Shown piece after piece: positions 35,501-47,462 of a stretch of DNA of 64,000 bases (within the stretch, counting starts at the first letter, position 1; the number at the start of each line of letters is the position of its first letter). A program made the position numbers and the translations under genes. Source of the DNA: Curvularia clavata (taxonomy: Eukaryota); assembly GCA_023920165.1 (NCBI GenBank), contig CP089275.1, positions 1,736,001 to 1,800,000 of the forward strand, read 5' to 3'. Below the pieces are notes generated by a model that saw only the letters and a program-made list of their open reading frames with translations, did no database searches and was not told the DNA's origin.

Positions 35501-38500
35501 CCACAGGTTGAGCTGAAGGAAAGGACATCACAGTCAACATTGAAGGAGTCACATAAGAAGGAGTTGGAAAGAGAAAGGGATATGGATGTATGGGCCCCAT
35601 CGTCAGAAAAGAAGGGCAAGAAGAGTAGGAAAGCAGAAGAGAAGGTTGAACGAGGTTTGGAAAAGGGCAAGGAACGAGCAGCACCCGTTGAGACACCATC
35701 CAAGGCTCAGGAGCACCACAAGCGAAGAACACACCCGGTATCCTTTGACGAAGAGCAGCCGAACGAGAAGCGCCTTCACAGGCTGGAGTCTTCGGAGGAG
35801 CCTAAGTTCGCGGCCGAAAGAACTGCATCACCATTGGCTGGAGACCAGTCGTGGTCTTTTGCTGGACTGCGTGACAACAAGGAGCAGGATGTATTTTCCG
35901 CACAAGAGCCTTCCGCTACAGTTCAGCAGGATCCTCCAAAGGAGACCAGACCTCAGAAAACCAAACAGCATTCGAAGGAGCCGAAAACACCAGCAGCCAC
36001 ACCATCTCGTGCAGTAGCAAATCTTCAAGATCAAGAGATGGAAGCCAGCCCTGCATTGCCGGAATATCGAACGTACACAGGAGCTTCGACACCAAGTTCT
36101 GAATTCGCGACGAAGGAGCGGACATCGTACCTGTTTGACTCTTCACCGTCAACCCGAGCATATGGCACATCACCTGCAGTCCCACCACACACGCCTGCTC
36201 ACGACAACCAGAGGGTGATTGATACTCCAACGAAAGACAAGGAGTCGCGAGCAGCCAAGAAAACACGTGGAGAATCGCAGCATGGGCGGATGTCGCCAAC
36301 AAAGGAAGTCAAGCAGAAGGAGCCATACAAGTCAATTTTTGGTGACCCCAACGAGAAGACAGCTGAAGTTAGCACCCCTGTTGCAACACCAACTACCAGG
36401 TCTGAACGCACGCCTGGCAACAAGCAACTGGAGTCAATTACGGAGACGAGCCCAGAGGATACAACTCACAAGAGGTCGCAGGCAAAGACTGATGTAGGAC
36501 AGTCGGATCGAGCACTCAAGTCAGCTCGTCGCAGGGAGAGTTTGAGGGCGCTCACTGACCGCCTTCGATCACCCCCTCCTCCCTCGCCAACACCTGAAGG
36601 TCGTCAAAGTGTGCCTACCCCAGTAGACAGCATGGCTGGGAGAATCACACCTTCAAGGGAGTCGCCGTGGCATCAAGCGAACGACAGCATCGACCGCACC
36701 ATGGCTCTTAGCCCTGCCCGCCGTATGCCCCGCTCCTCGCCAAGCGCGGATCCAATAAAGCAGTCCATTGCTGAGCAGCGGTCAGCTAGCGTTCAGAGTC
36801 AACGTTCTTTGAGCAATATTGCAAGAATCAGGTCTCCGGATTATGAGCGTCCCTCCAGTGCTTGGAGCAACCATTCGTCGCACTCTCTACGACGAGTGGA
36901 CCGGCAAACATCAGGTGATCTGAGGTCAGCAGCCAGACTTGGCGGGGCCAGTGCGCAAGACGCTAAGAACGCGCAACCCACCTTGTCAAGCACTGTCGCG
37001 GCTGGGACCACAGCAGTCATCGCAGGCGCGCCGAATTACGATCCGGTCCGTGGGGAAGGTAAAGGTCGCCGGGCCAGCATGGCTGAAACCTTTGTAAGTA
37101 TCCCGAACATTGCCACGCCTGCTGTTTCGGTCACTGACTGTCGTATACAGGAAGCATGGGGCGAGGCTCAAGGCTCCCCTATATCGCCGTCGCGCCCACC
37201 AAGCGTGCGAAAACGGCAGAGTATGCAGATCATTGATTTGCAGTCACAACTTGACCAGCTTGCGGCACAAAATGAATCGCTCGAGTCTGCCAAAGCAAAG
37301 GCCGAAGAGTCACTGCAAGCTGCCCAAAGCCAGCGCCAAGTTGACGAGCAATTGGTCCAAGAGGAGATCGAGGCACGTGACCGTGCAATCCACCAAAGGG
37401 ACATTGACATTGCACAACTCAAGGACACACTTAAGCGACTACAGGAGGAGATTGCACGTCTGAAAGAACTCAACAACACACTGACAGATGCCAATCGTAA
37501 TCTCACCAACGACGCAAACACGCGGTACGCGCAGCTTCAATCTGAAAACCGCAACCTCATCGACGAAGCCAATGCAAGATACGCGCAACTGGAGGCTGAA
37601 AAGCAGAGCCTGATCAACGATGCCAATGAAAGGTATGCTCACCTTCAGTCTGAAGGACAGGCGGTTCACGATCGATGGCAAACTTCGCAGCAAGACTTGG
37701 AACAGCTTCGCCTGCAGCATACTAGAATGCAGCAAGGATTGGCCGACGCAGTCCGAGATGAAGTGGGCGAAGCACTTGACCAACGCAATGCTGAGATCGA
37801 CCGCCTGAACGCAGAGCTCGCAAGCGCACGCGAGCAAATCAAGACTCTGCAAAAGCAGATTCTGGCTTCCAAGAAGCCCAGCGAGAGCTTCCTCACTGTT
37901 CGTGATGAAGACTACTTCGACAGCGCATGTCAGCAGCTGTGCCAGCATGTTCAGCAGTGGGTACTGCGATTCTCCAAGTTCTCCGACACTCGCGCATGCC
38001 GCCTATCGTCGGATATCGCAGCCGATACCAGGCTGGACCAAGCAACACGTAAGAAAATCGACACCCGTCTAGACAATGCCGTTCTTGACGGTTCGGATGT
38101 CGATGCACTGCTTGCAGACCGTGTCAGGCGACGAGACGTCTTCATGTCCGTTGTCATGACTATGATCTGGGAGTACGTTTTCACCAGGTACCTGTTCGGT
38201 ATGGACAGGGAGCAGCGACAGAAGCTCAAGGCACTGGAGAAGACATTGTCGGAAGTCGGCCCACCACGTGCTGTAGCTCAGTGGAGAGCTATCACACTTA
38301 CCCTACTCTCAAGGAGAGAGGCATTTATTCAGCAGCGCGCTCAAGATACAGAAGCTGTTGTGCATGAGATTTACAGTACGCTTTCGACGCTTCTTCCACC
38401 ACCATCCAATCTGCAGAAGCAGATTCAAGAGTCTCTGCGCAACGTCATGCGCCTAGCTGTCGACCTGTCGATTGAGATGCGCACCCAGCGCGCAGAGTAC

Positions 38501-38893
38501 ATCATGCTACCACCACTGCAGCCAGAGTACGACACCAATGGTGACCTCGTTGCGAAGGTCACATTCAACGCTTCACTCATGAACGAACGATCGGGTGAGA
38601 CGACATCAAACGACGAACTCGAAGCCCGTGGTGCGATAGTCAAGATTGTACTGTTCCCACTAGTCGTCAAGAAGGGCGACGATTTCGGAGAGGGCGAGGA
38701 CGAGATTGTAGTCTGTCCTGCGCAGGTCTTGGTCCAAGGATCGAGAACGAAGAAGGTAGTACGGACAACGAGCGGCGCCATGTCAATCAACCGCCCAGAC
38801 TCGAGATCGAGTCGCGTCAGCCGCATGCCGAGTGTTGCTCCACCCGAAAGCACGATTATGGACTATGAGAAGCCGGGAAGTAATATGTTTTAG
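11576..38893 (+). CDS. lah: Giant leashin-like Woronin body tether ('involucrin repeat' protein), ~9,060 aa; exons 11576-19270, 19349-37093, 37151-38893
   Basis: Phase-0 intron 19271-19348 (GTACAT..TAG) puts the 2573-aa and 6487-aa ORFs in one frame. Intron 37094-37150 is canonical (GTAAGT..CTGAC..CAG). The N-terminal block FVDWWKDYEDVQKMEEYTEYIGVCKGCFDP, the huge E/P/A-rich disordered middle with periodic poly-Lys tracts, and the C-terminal coiled coil plus RDEDYFDSACQQLCQHVQQWVLRFSK domain match leashin architecture as recalled from Aspergillus and Neurospora. This was not verified by search. Confidence 0.75.
16107..16156 (+). repeat. (GAGAAA)n coding microsatellite encoding an EK repeat
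   Basis: AAAGAGAAAGAGAAAGAGAAAGAGAAAGAG.. translates to KEKEKEKEKEREKEKEK. Confidence 0.8.
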
Positions 38894-39457
38894 ATTTGTT
38901 GAGCAAGATTTTTTCTTTCTTTATGTTTTCCAATTCTCTTTCCTTTGTCATGTATTATACGCGCGTCGATTTGACTTTGGGTTCTGATAATGGTGTTTGG
39001 GACGCTACGCATTACTTTTCGATAGCTTTTCTTATGTTCGGTTTTTGGATGATTGCAGTTTTATACCAGTATTGCTTGGAACGGTCATGTATAGCGAGCA
39101 TAGGCCTTTTGCTTAGCCTTCAGAACAAGGCGAATAATACGCATTCTTCTACTTCAACTCTTACATATTCAGCACCTCTACAATCAGATGTGTATCTGAC
39201 TCGTGACACATGCATCGAGACTCTTCGGCGGTTCCACTTCCTCGGCAGTTCTTCAGCTAGCCTGTTTTAGTCAACCCCGCTTCCTTCCCTCGTAGCGAAG
39301 ACACTCGCGAACAGCTCACTCCCTTCTTGGGCGAGAGGTAATTAAAGGCGGACCGACACCATGTAAACTACCAAACGGTCGCTGTGATCAGCGCAACTTG
39401 CATACAACCTCCTTTTTACCTATCCTACCCATCTCTTACCTTCTGAAGCCATTCGCA

Positions 39458-40678
39458 ATGCCGATTCGAAGTGACTGGAGCCTTTCGCGCGAAGGTACGT
39501 ATCTCCCAAGACACTAGAAACGGTCAAGACAAGCATTCATGGAGCGCCCTTGGTTAACATAGTACTTCAGGAGTAACCCGCGACACCTTCGTCAACCTGG
39601 TCAAGCTCACGGCCTTCAATCCTGCGTTGACGCTGCCACTCTTTCTGCTCGCGCGCTACACGCAACAGGGCAGTGCGCTTGCATCTGAGCACTCTGCTGC
39701 GTTCAAGCACTTGAAGACACTGCTTGGACTGGGATTACTCAACACGACTAGTACGTGGTTGAGCAACGGGGTCACCAACAATTGGACCAGCGACAAGTAC
39801 GACTGGGACCGCGAGGTCGTCGTTGTGACGGGCGGAAGTGATGGTATTGGAAAGATTGTCGTTCAGCTCCTAGCTGAGAAGGGAATCAAGATCGCTGTGC
39901 TGGATGTACAGGACTTGACGTATGAAGGTATGTCTAGACAACGATCAGTTCCTGAACGTGATGATTGTAATAAGGGGAAATATCAAACTAACACCCACCA
40001 GCGCCCCCATCTGTCCGCTTCTTCAAATGCGATCTCTCCTCTCCAAAGGCCATCGCCGAGGCCGCGTCTTCGATCCGCTCCACACTCGGCAACCCGACTG
40101 TCTTGGTCAATAACGCTGGTGTCGCCCGCGGCAAGACCATCCTCGACTCGACCGAGAAAGACATCAACCTTACCTTCCGCGTCAACTCCATGAGCCACTA
40201 CTATCTTGTGCAGCAGTTCCTGCCCCACATGATCAAGAACAACCACGGAATGGTCGTCACCGTTGCATCCTTAGCTGCGTACCTTACCGCCCCCTCCATG
40301 GTCGACTACGCCTCTTCCAAAGCAGCTGCCCTGGCCTTCCACGAGGGTCTCGCTGCCGAGCTCGTCGACAAATACAACGCGCCCAAGGTCCGTACCGTGG
40401 CTATATGCCAGGGCTACACCCGCACTGCGCTCTTCGAAGGCTTCGATCCAAAGGGCGCGTTGTATCCCGAGACGGTGGCCGAGTCTATTGCCAAGGCGGT
40501 CCTCAGCGGAAAGAGTCAGCACATCATGCTGCCAGAGTCGGCTTGGGGATTTGTGCCCAAGGTGAGGGGTCTGCCGCTTTGGATGCAGTATGGTCTGAGG
40601 AAGAAGCTGGGAGGACTCATGAAGGGATGGAAGGGAAGGCAGGTTGAGCAGCCCAGTGAGGTTGAGGGTGAGAAATAA
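39458..40678 (+). CDS. Short-chain dehydrogenase/reductase (17beta-HSD11/retinol dehydrogenase-like); exons 39458-39494, 39571-39927, 40002-40678
   Basis: TGGSDGIG Rossmann motif, VNNAG, catalytic S..YASSK and a hydrophobic N-terminal segment. Introns 39495-39570 and 39928-40001 keep the frame. Confidence 0.92.
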
Positions 40679-41108
40679 GCGGGGGGAGGATGGTATTTAT
40701 CGGGCCGGAGTAGACGGAACCGAAATAATTCCCTGATTGTGTTTTGGTTACGGGGCTTTCCTTGAGGGTCAGAGTTGAAGTTTATTTGGTGGACCAATGG
40801 CGTGTCTTCTTCGTTACCTGGTATGGTGTCAACATTCAATGATTAGTTTGGTGTCATTTTTGTGTCGATAAGACTTAATCATCGTATGAGCATATCCTTC
40901 CTGGCCATCTTCATATCTTGTTCTAACTATGTATTCCGTGCCGTTGTCGCAGTCTTTCATCAGATGTTAGTCCCCAATTGCACCACTGCAAAGCATGTAT
41001 GATCACAATTACGTGCTTGCCACACATGGATAGGATTCGCCTAGTCAGTTCCACCACTGAATCACAATTTAACAGACGTTTCTTTGGCATACCAATCCCG
41101 TCGCTCAT

Positions 41109-42571
41109 CTACCCAAGGCCCGGCCAACCTGGGAATAATAGTCAGCAACCGCATTTCATGAAAGAAGGACAAAAGGAAGAACAACTTACTCCAAACCGTC
41201 CTCTCCCTATTCACCCCCGTCACCCTCACCTTATCTCCCACACTCCACACCACCTCTCCTTCCCCCTCCCCTTTCCCCGTCCAAAACCCATACCTTCCAA
41301 ATACAGGACTCCACCTCGCTCCCCTATCCACCCTCCGATCCCCCTGCAACTTCTTCAGCACCTGGCCCTCTGGTCCTGTCCCCGGCTTGCCCGTCTCGTA
41401 ATCGAGATTGATACTCGAACAGCGCACGCAATTGTGCGGAAGGGCGACGCCTACATCTCTACCTGTGCGGCTGGAGTGGATGGAAAGACGTGCCCAGAAG
41501 TCTTCTTGCCAGGGGAATGGGGCACCCGATATAACGATGTTGGGGCGGAACTTTGTGATGGAGAGAGGGGTGGTAGAAGGGGTAAGACGCGCGGATGTAG
41601 CGGAGAGGGAGGCGGTGGTGCAGAAGAGGTAGGGGGCGCAGTCTGTAAAGGTGAGGGTTTGCGAGGTATGTGGAGAGGAAGATTTGGGGAAGAAAAGGGA
41701 TTTTAAGAGGGAGGGTGGCGGCGATGAAGGTAGGTCGTTGAAGCGTGGGGAACGCCGGTGAGAGCCTAGGTAGATTAGTTCGACGGGGAAACCGAAACAG
41801 GTGCTGAACCAGTCGTTGTAGGACTTTGGCATGAGGTATGCGGTTGTGGGGCTGTTGTGCATGGTTACTTCGAGTGTTGAGAGGGCATCTATTGAGGGAA
41901 CGAGGGGGATGTCGATGCTGCTTTGCTTGGAGGCGTTGCCGCAGGCTAGATAGCGGACGGTGATTTTACGGTTGTTTTCTGTAGCTGATGATGGGTCGAG
42001 AGAGACTTCTTGCTCGAATTGTGTCATGTGTGGGTGAGTGGAGACGGACATGACTTTGTAGCCGGGTTTGGTCGAGGGTGTTTTCTCGAGGAGCATGAAG
42101 GTGCCTGTTTGCCTATGTTAAATCATTGGGACTCAGAGGGAAGAACTTGATCAAATGCAGTTTTTTGTTCTCGAGGAGAAGGTGGATCAGAGAGAATGGT
42201 GGATTTACGGTCATGTGCGAAGCCATGTGCTGTTGCGATGGCAGAAGACAACTTCACTGCTCGCAGCGACTTAATCGGGTAGACGTAGATCTGTTGGAAA
42301 TTCTTGTAAGCAGCAGTATTTCTTCCTCCTTTTTTTCTCCCTTCAGAAGAAGTGGCTGAAATACTGGGGAAAGCAAATCATCTTCACGTACCTCTGATAT
42401 TTCCATTTCCGGTAAACCGTTTCCTTGTCCCGCCGGCTTCAGATTAAACAACCCGAGGAAGTGATAGCACACCAGAAACAGCGCCGGTACGACGCAAAGC
42501 GCACTGAGAAGCAGCCATGCTGGTGGCGACAGCTTTTGGAATACGATTGTCTCTGTGCGATTCATCGCCAT
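41109..42571 (-). CDS. MOSC-domain (mARC-like) molybdenum-cofactor protein; exons 42571 (or 42406)-42392, 42290-42209, 42104-41190, 41128-41109
   Basis: The spliced product reads MEISE-IYVYPIKSL..HDRTFML (MOSC_N), FTDCAPYL, KFRPNIVISG, WQEDFW, conserved HNCVRC, and ends in WSWPGLG*. Three canonical introns. The upstream in-frame ATG at 42571 would add a hydrophobic anchor, so the start is uncertain. Confidence 0.88.
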
Positions 42572-42983
42572 TGTTTAATTCAGGATTGATATCTTTACTG
42601 TTGAATTGTAAGAACATGTCTTGAGTGGAGCAGAGATGGGGTGAGACCACCCCCACATACGTAAGCACGCCCTACCAAGGCGCTAAGTGGAGACCCTGAT
42701 GTACAAGTACAGTATGTTTGTATATATGGGGAGCCTGCAAGATCTTGTGCTCAAGATTTTGCCGTTGGTATCGAAAAGGTGCTGAGTTGTTGCGGTGTTA
42801 AACATATACAGTAGTGCAGTGCTACTTGCTAGTCCGGCTGAAGAGAATATTTTACATGTGGGACTTTGTAAAGCCATCATCTTTATTCAAACAATATATA
42901 AGATTTTTTTTCCACTTGAAGTTAGTATATAGATTCGTCTTTGTGACGATGGTTTACATTTGTTAAACTCCCATCGCAGAGCA

Positions 42984-44070
42984 CTATACCCGCTTTCCAA
43001 ACACCCTGAACCTCTTTACTCCACCATCTGGAATAATAACCAACTTCGCATGCGTGTAGCCCTTTCCTGCCACCTCCTTTAACTCAGCCTTATAAACATG
43101 CTCCTTGTCTGCGCTAGACTTCTGCGGCTCCAGCACTTCCACCCATCCCGCGTCCTCATGGCCAGGGTCTTTGTCAAAAGCACCTGCAAACACCTGAACC
43201 TTTTGCGGGAAGTTACCCCTAAAGTGTGCAGTGTCGATGACGATGTGGTCAATCTCGCCCTTGGCTCCAAGCCTTACAATTGTCCAGTCAACGTGCTCAC
43301 CACGTGTGCGCTTTGTCTCCCAACCATCTCCCATGTCCTTTCCGCGACCAGGGAGAAGAAGGTTGTCTTTTGTGCCAAAGTGCTGATCTGAGCAAGAGGT
43401 TGCAACGCCGCCCATGACAGTTGCAGAGAGCTCGAAGACAGCGTCTGAGGATTGAGGAAAGACGGGCACAGCAACTCCATACAGGCGGAAGCGCGCAATG
43501 CCTCCGTCTGGGTACATGAGCAACCTGACGTGCGTGTACGCCTTTTCAGTGATGTTTGGCAGTATCCATCCATGCCGTTGGCTAGGTCCGCACTCTTGCT
43601 TTGACAGTATGGTTTCCCAGCCTGAGTAACTCGGTTTCTTCACCTCTTCTTCGTCCTTCTCATCACTAATGAAGGTACCTTCGACTGCAATTTCTGGGGC
43701 GTGGTTGCCATTGAAGAAGGCCGTATCGATCTCGACACCAGCTACTTTGCCGCTGGCCGTACCCAGCCTCAATACGACCCAGTCTGCAGGCTCTGTGTTG
43801 TGACGGCGTGTCTCCCAGCCATCGTACCAGGCTCCTGAGTGGACGAAAACACCAGGCTTGTGGACTGGTGGAGTAGGTGTTATGAGGTTCTCTGCAGCAG
43901 CGAAGAACTCATCGCTAAATGCCAGTACTTTTGAACCGAGAGGTGCAGATATGAGGTCTGAGCACTGTTAGAGGGCTAAGAAGAGGAACATGTCTTCATC
44001 AATGGACCGTACCAGTGTACTTTGACTTGAAAGTTGCATCAATTTCGTCTTTTGGGACTGAGCGAGCCAT
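42984..44070 (-). CDS. DAL2: Allantoicase; exons 44070-44013 and 43957-42984
   Basis: Two allantoicase repeats: FSDEFFAAAENL..DGWETRRHN..DTAFFNGN..YPDGGIARFRLYG and CSDQHFG..DGWETKRTR..DTAHFRGNFP..PDGGVKRFRVFG. Intron 44012-43958 (GTACGG..CTAAC..CAG). Confidence 0.95.
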
Positions 44071-44245
44071 GGTGGAGGCTTCTGTGGCTTCTATAATTGT
44101 ATGCTGAACTATGAATGGCTATATTGAAGAGTAGATACAAAAACAAAATGAGGAAACGACTGCTGCTGGAAAGATGTATGAGCCAACCGCGGAGCTACAG
44201 CGGGGTGGTGGGGTAGCTTAGACCCTGTAGAGCAACACTTGCCAC

Positions 44246-44265
44246 TTATCGGAACCCGCCGATAA
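44246..44265. promoter_or_regulatory. UaY/PCO-1-type site TCGG-N6-CCGA overlapped by two inverted GATA sites
   Basis: TTATCGG-AACCCG-CCGATAA lies ~180 bp upstream of the allantoicase ATG. Confidence 0.75.
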
Positions 44266-44928
44266 CCTTTCCACTCTGAACGATGGATATTCAAGGGCCG
44301 ATGGCGGAGCCAGACAGATAGCCCACATAAGTAGGTGTATTTTCAATCGAGTAATACATTGCTGCTAGGCCAATCGCCGCTATACTTTCTGTAAACCTCG
44401 TAATCCATGAATCGCGGACCTCACAGCAAAGCATCTAGCCCATAGCAACAGTCTCGTCGTAGCGCGTGCAGCACGATAAGTCTCAAGAGGCACAGATTTT
44501 ATCGGTTGGTCGAACCAAATAGTGCTAGTTCAATCTTGACATCTTCAAGTTTGCTGTCCCCAGCACTAGTTGTGTTTAAGGAGAATCTATCGGTCTCTTG
44601 ATGCTATGGTGATATCCAATCGGTCCGGCGTGCCTCCCACCCAATCAGTCACGGACGGACTTCCACGAGTGCCAGTGGGTATTCAAACTCAAGACAAGCG
44701 ACTTTCCGAATCGATATCCAGTAACTTATTTCTCCGCTCATGGTCGGACTGGGCGCTTGCGATTCGTTTAGTGGAGAGACAGGTCCTTGCGATGGACGCA
44801 ACATGGTAATGAACTTAGACCCGACATGGGTTAAACAAATTTGGTCCCCAATTGAGCCAGGCAGCATGAAAGCTACTAGCCGATGCTGTTGTTAGCACAG
44901 ACTAGCAGCTCATGTGTCTTTTTCATCT

Positions 44929-47462
44929 TCACCCAAAGTTTGGGTCATTCCATGATGACTCTGAATAGTACGAGCTGCCATTTTTGTTCATGCCGCCATT
45001 CAGGTCCAGCTTGGCCATGAACTCGGGAGGTACAGTGGGAATGTATTTCCGTTCTCTCTCCTTGTTGACACCACCAAAGCCGGCTCCATAACTGATGAGC
45101 ATGTCTGTCGAAGTTGGTAATGAGAACGGGAGCATGTACGAGGGATCTAGCAGAAGCTCGTCTGGGAGATCATCGTTTCCTTCGTCCTCAGATATCCGTG
45201 AGTGCGCAGGAGATGGTTCGACTGGTTTCTCCGATGTCGGTCTGACTGGTGTGGTTGGCACAGAATCGGGCTCTTGTGGAGGGTTTGGCGATTTTGTTTT
45301 GGCGGCTTTTCGCTCGGCCGCGGCCTTTTGCAGATGGATAATATACTTCGATGCGCTTTTTGGAAGGCCCTTCTCGCCGACCTCTGGTCTATAGTACTTC
45401 GCGGTATGCAGCAGTTGTTGAGGAGACAGACGTGTCAGCTGCTGCAATGTTCCTACAAGTGACTCCAGATCCTCGCCAAGCGATGAGAAGCACTGTAGCC
45501 ATTGGAGTAGTTGAATCAGGGGTTCCAGATGCCTTTTGGCAGCATCCGCGGTATTCTCTCCAGTGGATGTCATGGAGCCGTTCTCATAGTGCTCTGGCTG
45601 TCTGTTATTCGATCGTGCCCAGTCTTCCAGTGTGGAGACGTTCATGCGTATTTGCATGGCCTTTGTCCGAGCCAGGTACTTTCGATTGGACATGATACGG
45701 TTGAACACCTCAGCAGATATCCAATAGATTAATTGTGAGAGTACTTGTGCTGTGATGACGGAATGTACGTCGTAGAGATCGAGGACAAACAAAGTAGATG
45801 CAAGAAGGGAAGTGATGTTTCGCGGCGAAGGCTGCGCTCGGCGCTTGGGAGACGGTGGTCGGAAGCGTTTCTCCAGTGGTTCTACAGGCTTCGCCTTTGG
45901 TTTGGAACGAAATATTTTCCACTCATGCTGGAAATGGACGTCTTCAAACCCAGGCATCGGCTCATGATCAAGCATGGCTTGGTCAAGGTTCTTGTCCATT
46001 CTTCGTTCTGCATCACGGATGATTAGGATGAAGATTTCGTTGATCAACTCGGCCATTTGCAGTTGAAAGTCGTTAGTAGCCCCCATTAGTCCAACGTCTT
46101 TTTTGAGATAATGCAGAAGCAAGGTGGCATTCGACATCCAGAATGCGAGCACAGTCATGTCCCACTGGTGCTTTTCGACTACATCATTGATCTTGTTCAT
46201 GGCAGTTACCAACAGTGTTTCGAGCAGCTCTGGGTTGGCATGATAGTGTGCATATCGAGCACTGAGGAAAAGAATGTTTGCGGGTACAGGTTTTTGTGAA
46301 GGGGAGCGTTGCGGTGTCATGTTGGTGATGATGATGTCGAGAATACGTTCGAGCTCGTTTTCTTGGAAGACGAACATTTGGTCGTTGAGACACCTGTCCC
46401 ATATAAACTCTTGGGCTTCTTCTTCTGGTTCTTCGGGAGACTGCAATCGTCAGCGGTGCGTTTACGCGGAAAATCATACTCCTTACCTCGGGTTGTTCAT
46501 CTAGACCAAGATTGCCGATATCCACCTCGAGGTTAAAAGCGCTTTCCATCATCATGCGGCGCTTCATGTCATTTTCCTGCATCTCCTGCTCAAAGCGATC
46601 TTGCGAGAAGCCAGAGTTGTAGAAATCATCTCCGACGCCCACGTTTCCAATGGCATATCCGCTCTCGTGCAGGTACTCGGACAGTTCTGTGTTGGGTTCG
46701 ACGAAATCGAAAGCGGTCCTCCCACCCGAAGACTTGACGTCTGTCGATGCACCGTGGTCTAGTAGGAGTTTGACGATATCCTTGTGTCGATTCGTCATGG
46801 CCCACATGAGAGGTGTCCAGCGGTTCCTGTCTTGTATATCGACCGTAGCGCCATTCTCTAGTAGGGTTGCAGCCACATCCTCGTGGCCAAAGCAGCTTGC
46901 GTAGACTAATGGCGGTGTGCCCTCGGCGTCGACCCCATCGATGTTGATGTATTCCCGCGCTTTTCCATCCAGCAGCCGCTTCACCCTCTCGAGTTCGCCA
47001 TTAGAGGCAGCCAAAGTGAAGAGGCCTTGGAGGGCTTCTCTCTTTTCCTCGTGGGATAACTTATCGTCCGCAACCACTTTGGCCTCATCGCCTGAGTTGT
47101 CGTTTTTCAGGCGTGCCTGATGGGCGAGCATCTGCACCAGACGACTATCGCTGTCCTCGAGCTGCTGCATGTCTTCATCGCCAAAGGTCGGGTCATCGAG
47201 GGAAAGGTTGAAGCTGAGTGGGCGGGCGGGCATGGGCGTAGTAAGGAATTGGGACTGGCCTACGTGGTGTTAGCAGGCCCTTTTGCACAAGGCCGTGGCA
47301 GCGCCTACCTTGCCATGCATCGTATATTTCTGTTTCCTCGTTCATGATGTGGACGGGCCTCCTGTCATTGAGCGAGGTGGGGAGATCTGGGGGCAGTTGG
47401 CGTGGCTTTTGGGGCTCCCCAAGGTCGCCTGAAAAGGCATGCTCGTGGTCTGGAGCGTCCAT
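44929..47462 (-). CDS. Ankyrin-repeat + DIL (Dilute) domain protein (YPR089W-like); exons 47462-47309, 47259-46487, 46440-44929
   Basis: Ankyrin repeats (GTPPLVYASCFGH, RWTPLMWAMTNRH, GRTAFD) and a DIL domain (FNRIMSNRKYLARTKAMQIRMNVSTLEDW..LIQLLQWLQ..LSPQQL). Introns 47308-47260 and 46486-46441. Confidence 0.88.

Noticed and set aside
19477..38853. Many 100-380 aa antisense and alternative-frame ORFs within the giant gene
   Set aside because: These are shadow ORFs produced by biased E/P/A/K codons (S/G/F-rich translations) and carry no motifs.
40978..41706. 242-aa plus-strand ORF
   Set aside because: It is antisense to the well-supported MOSC exon and has low-complexity P/H/G content.
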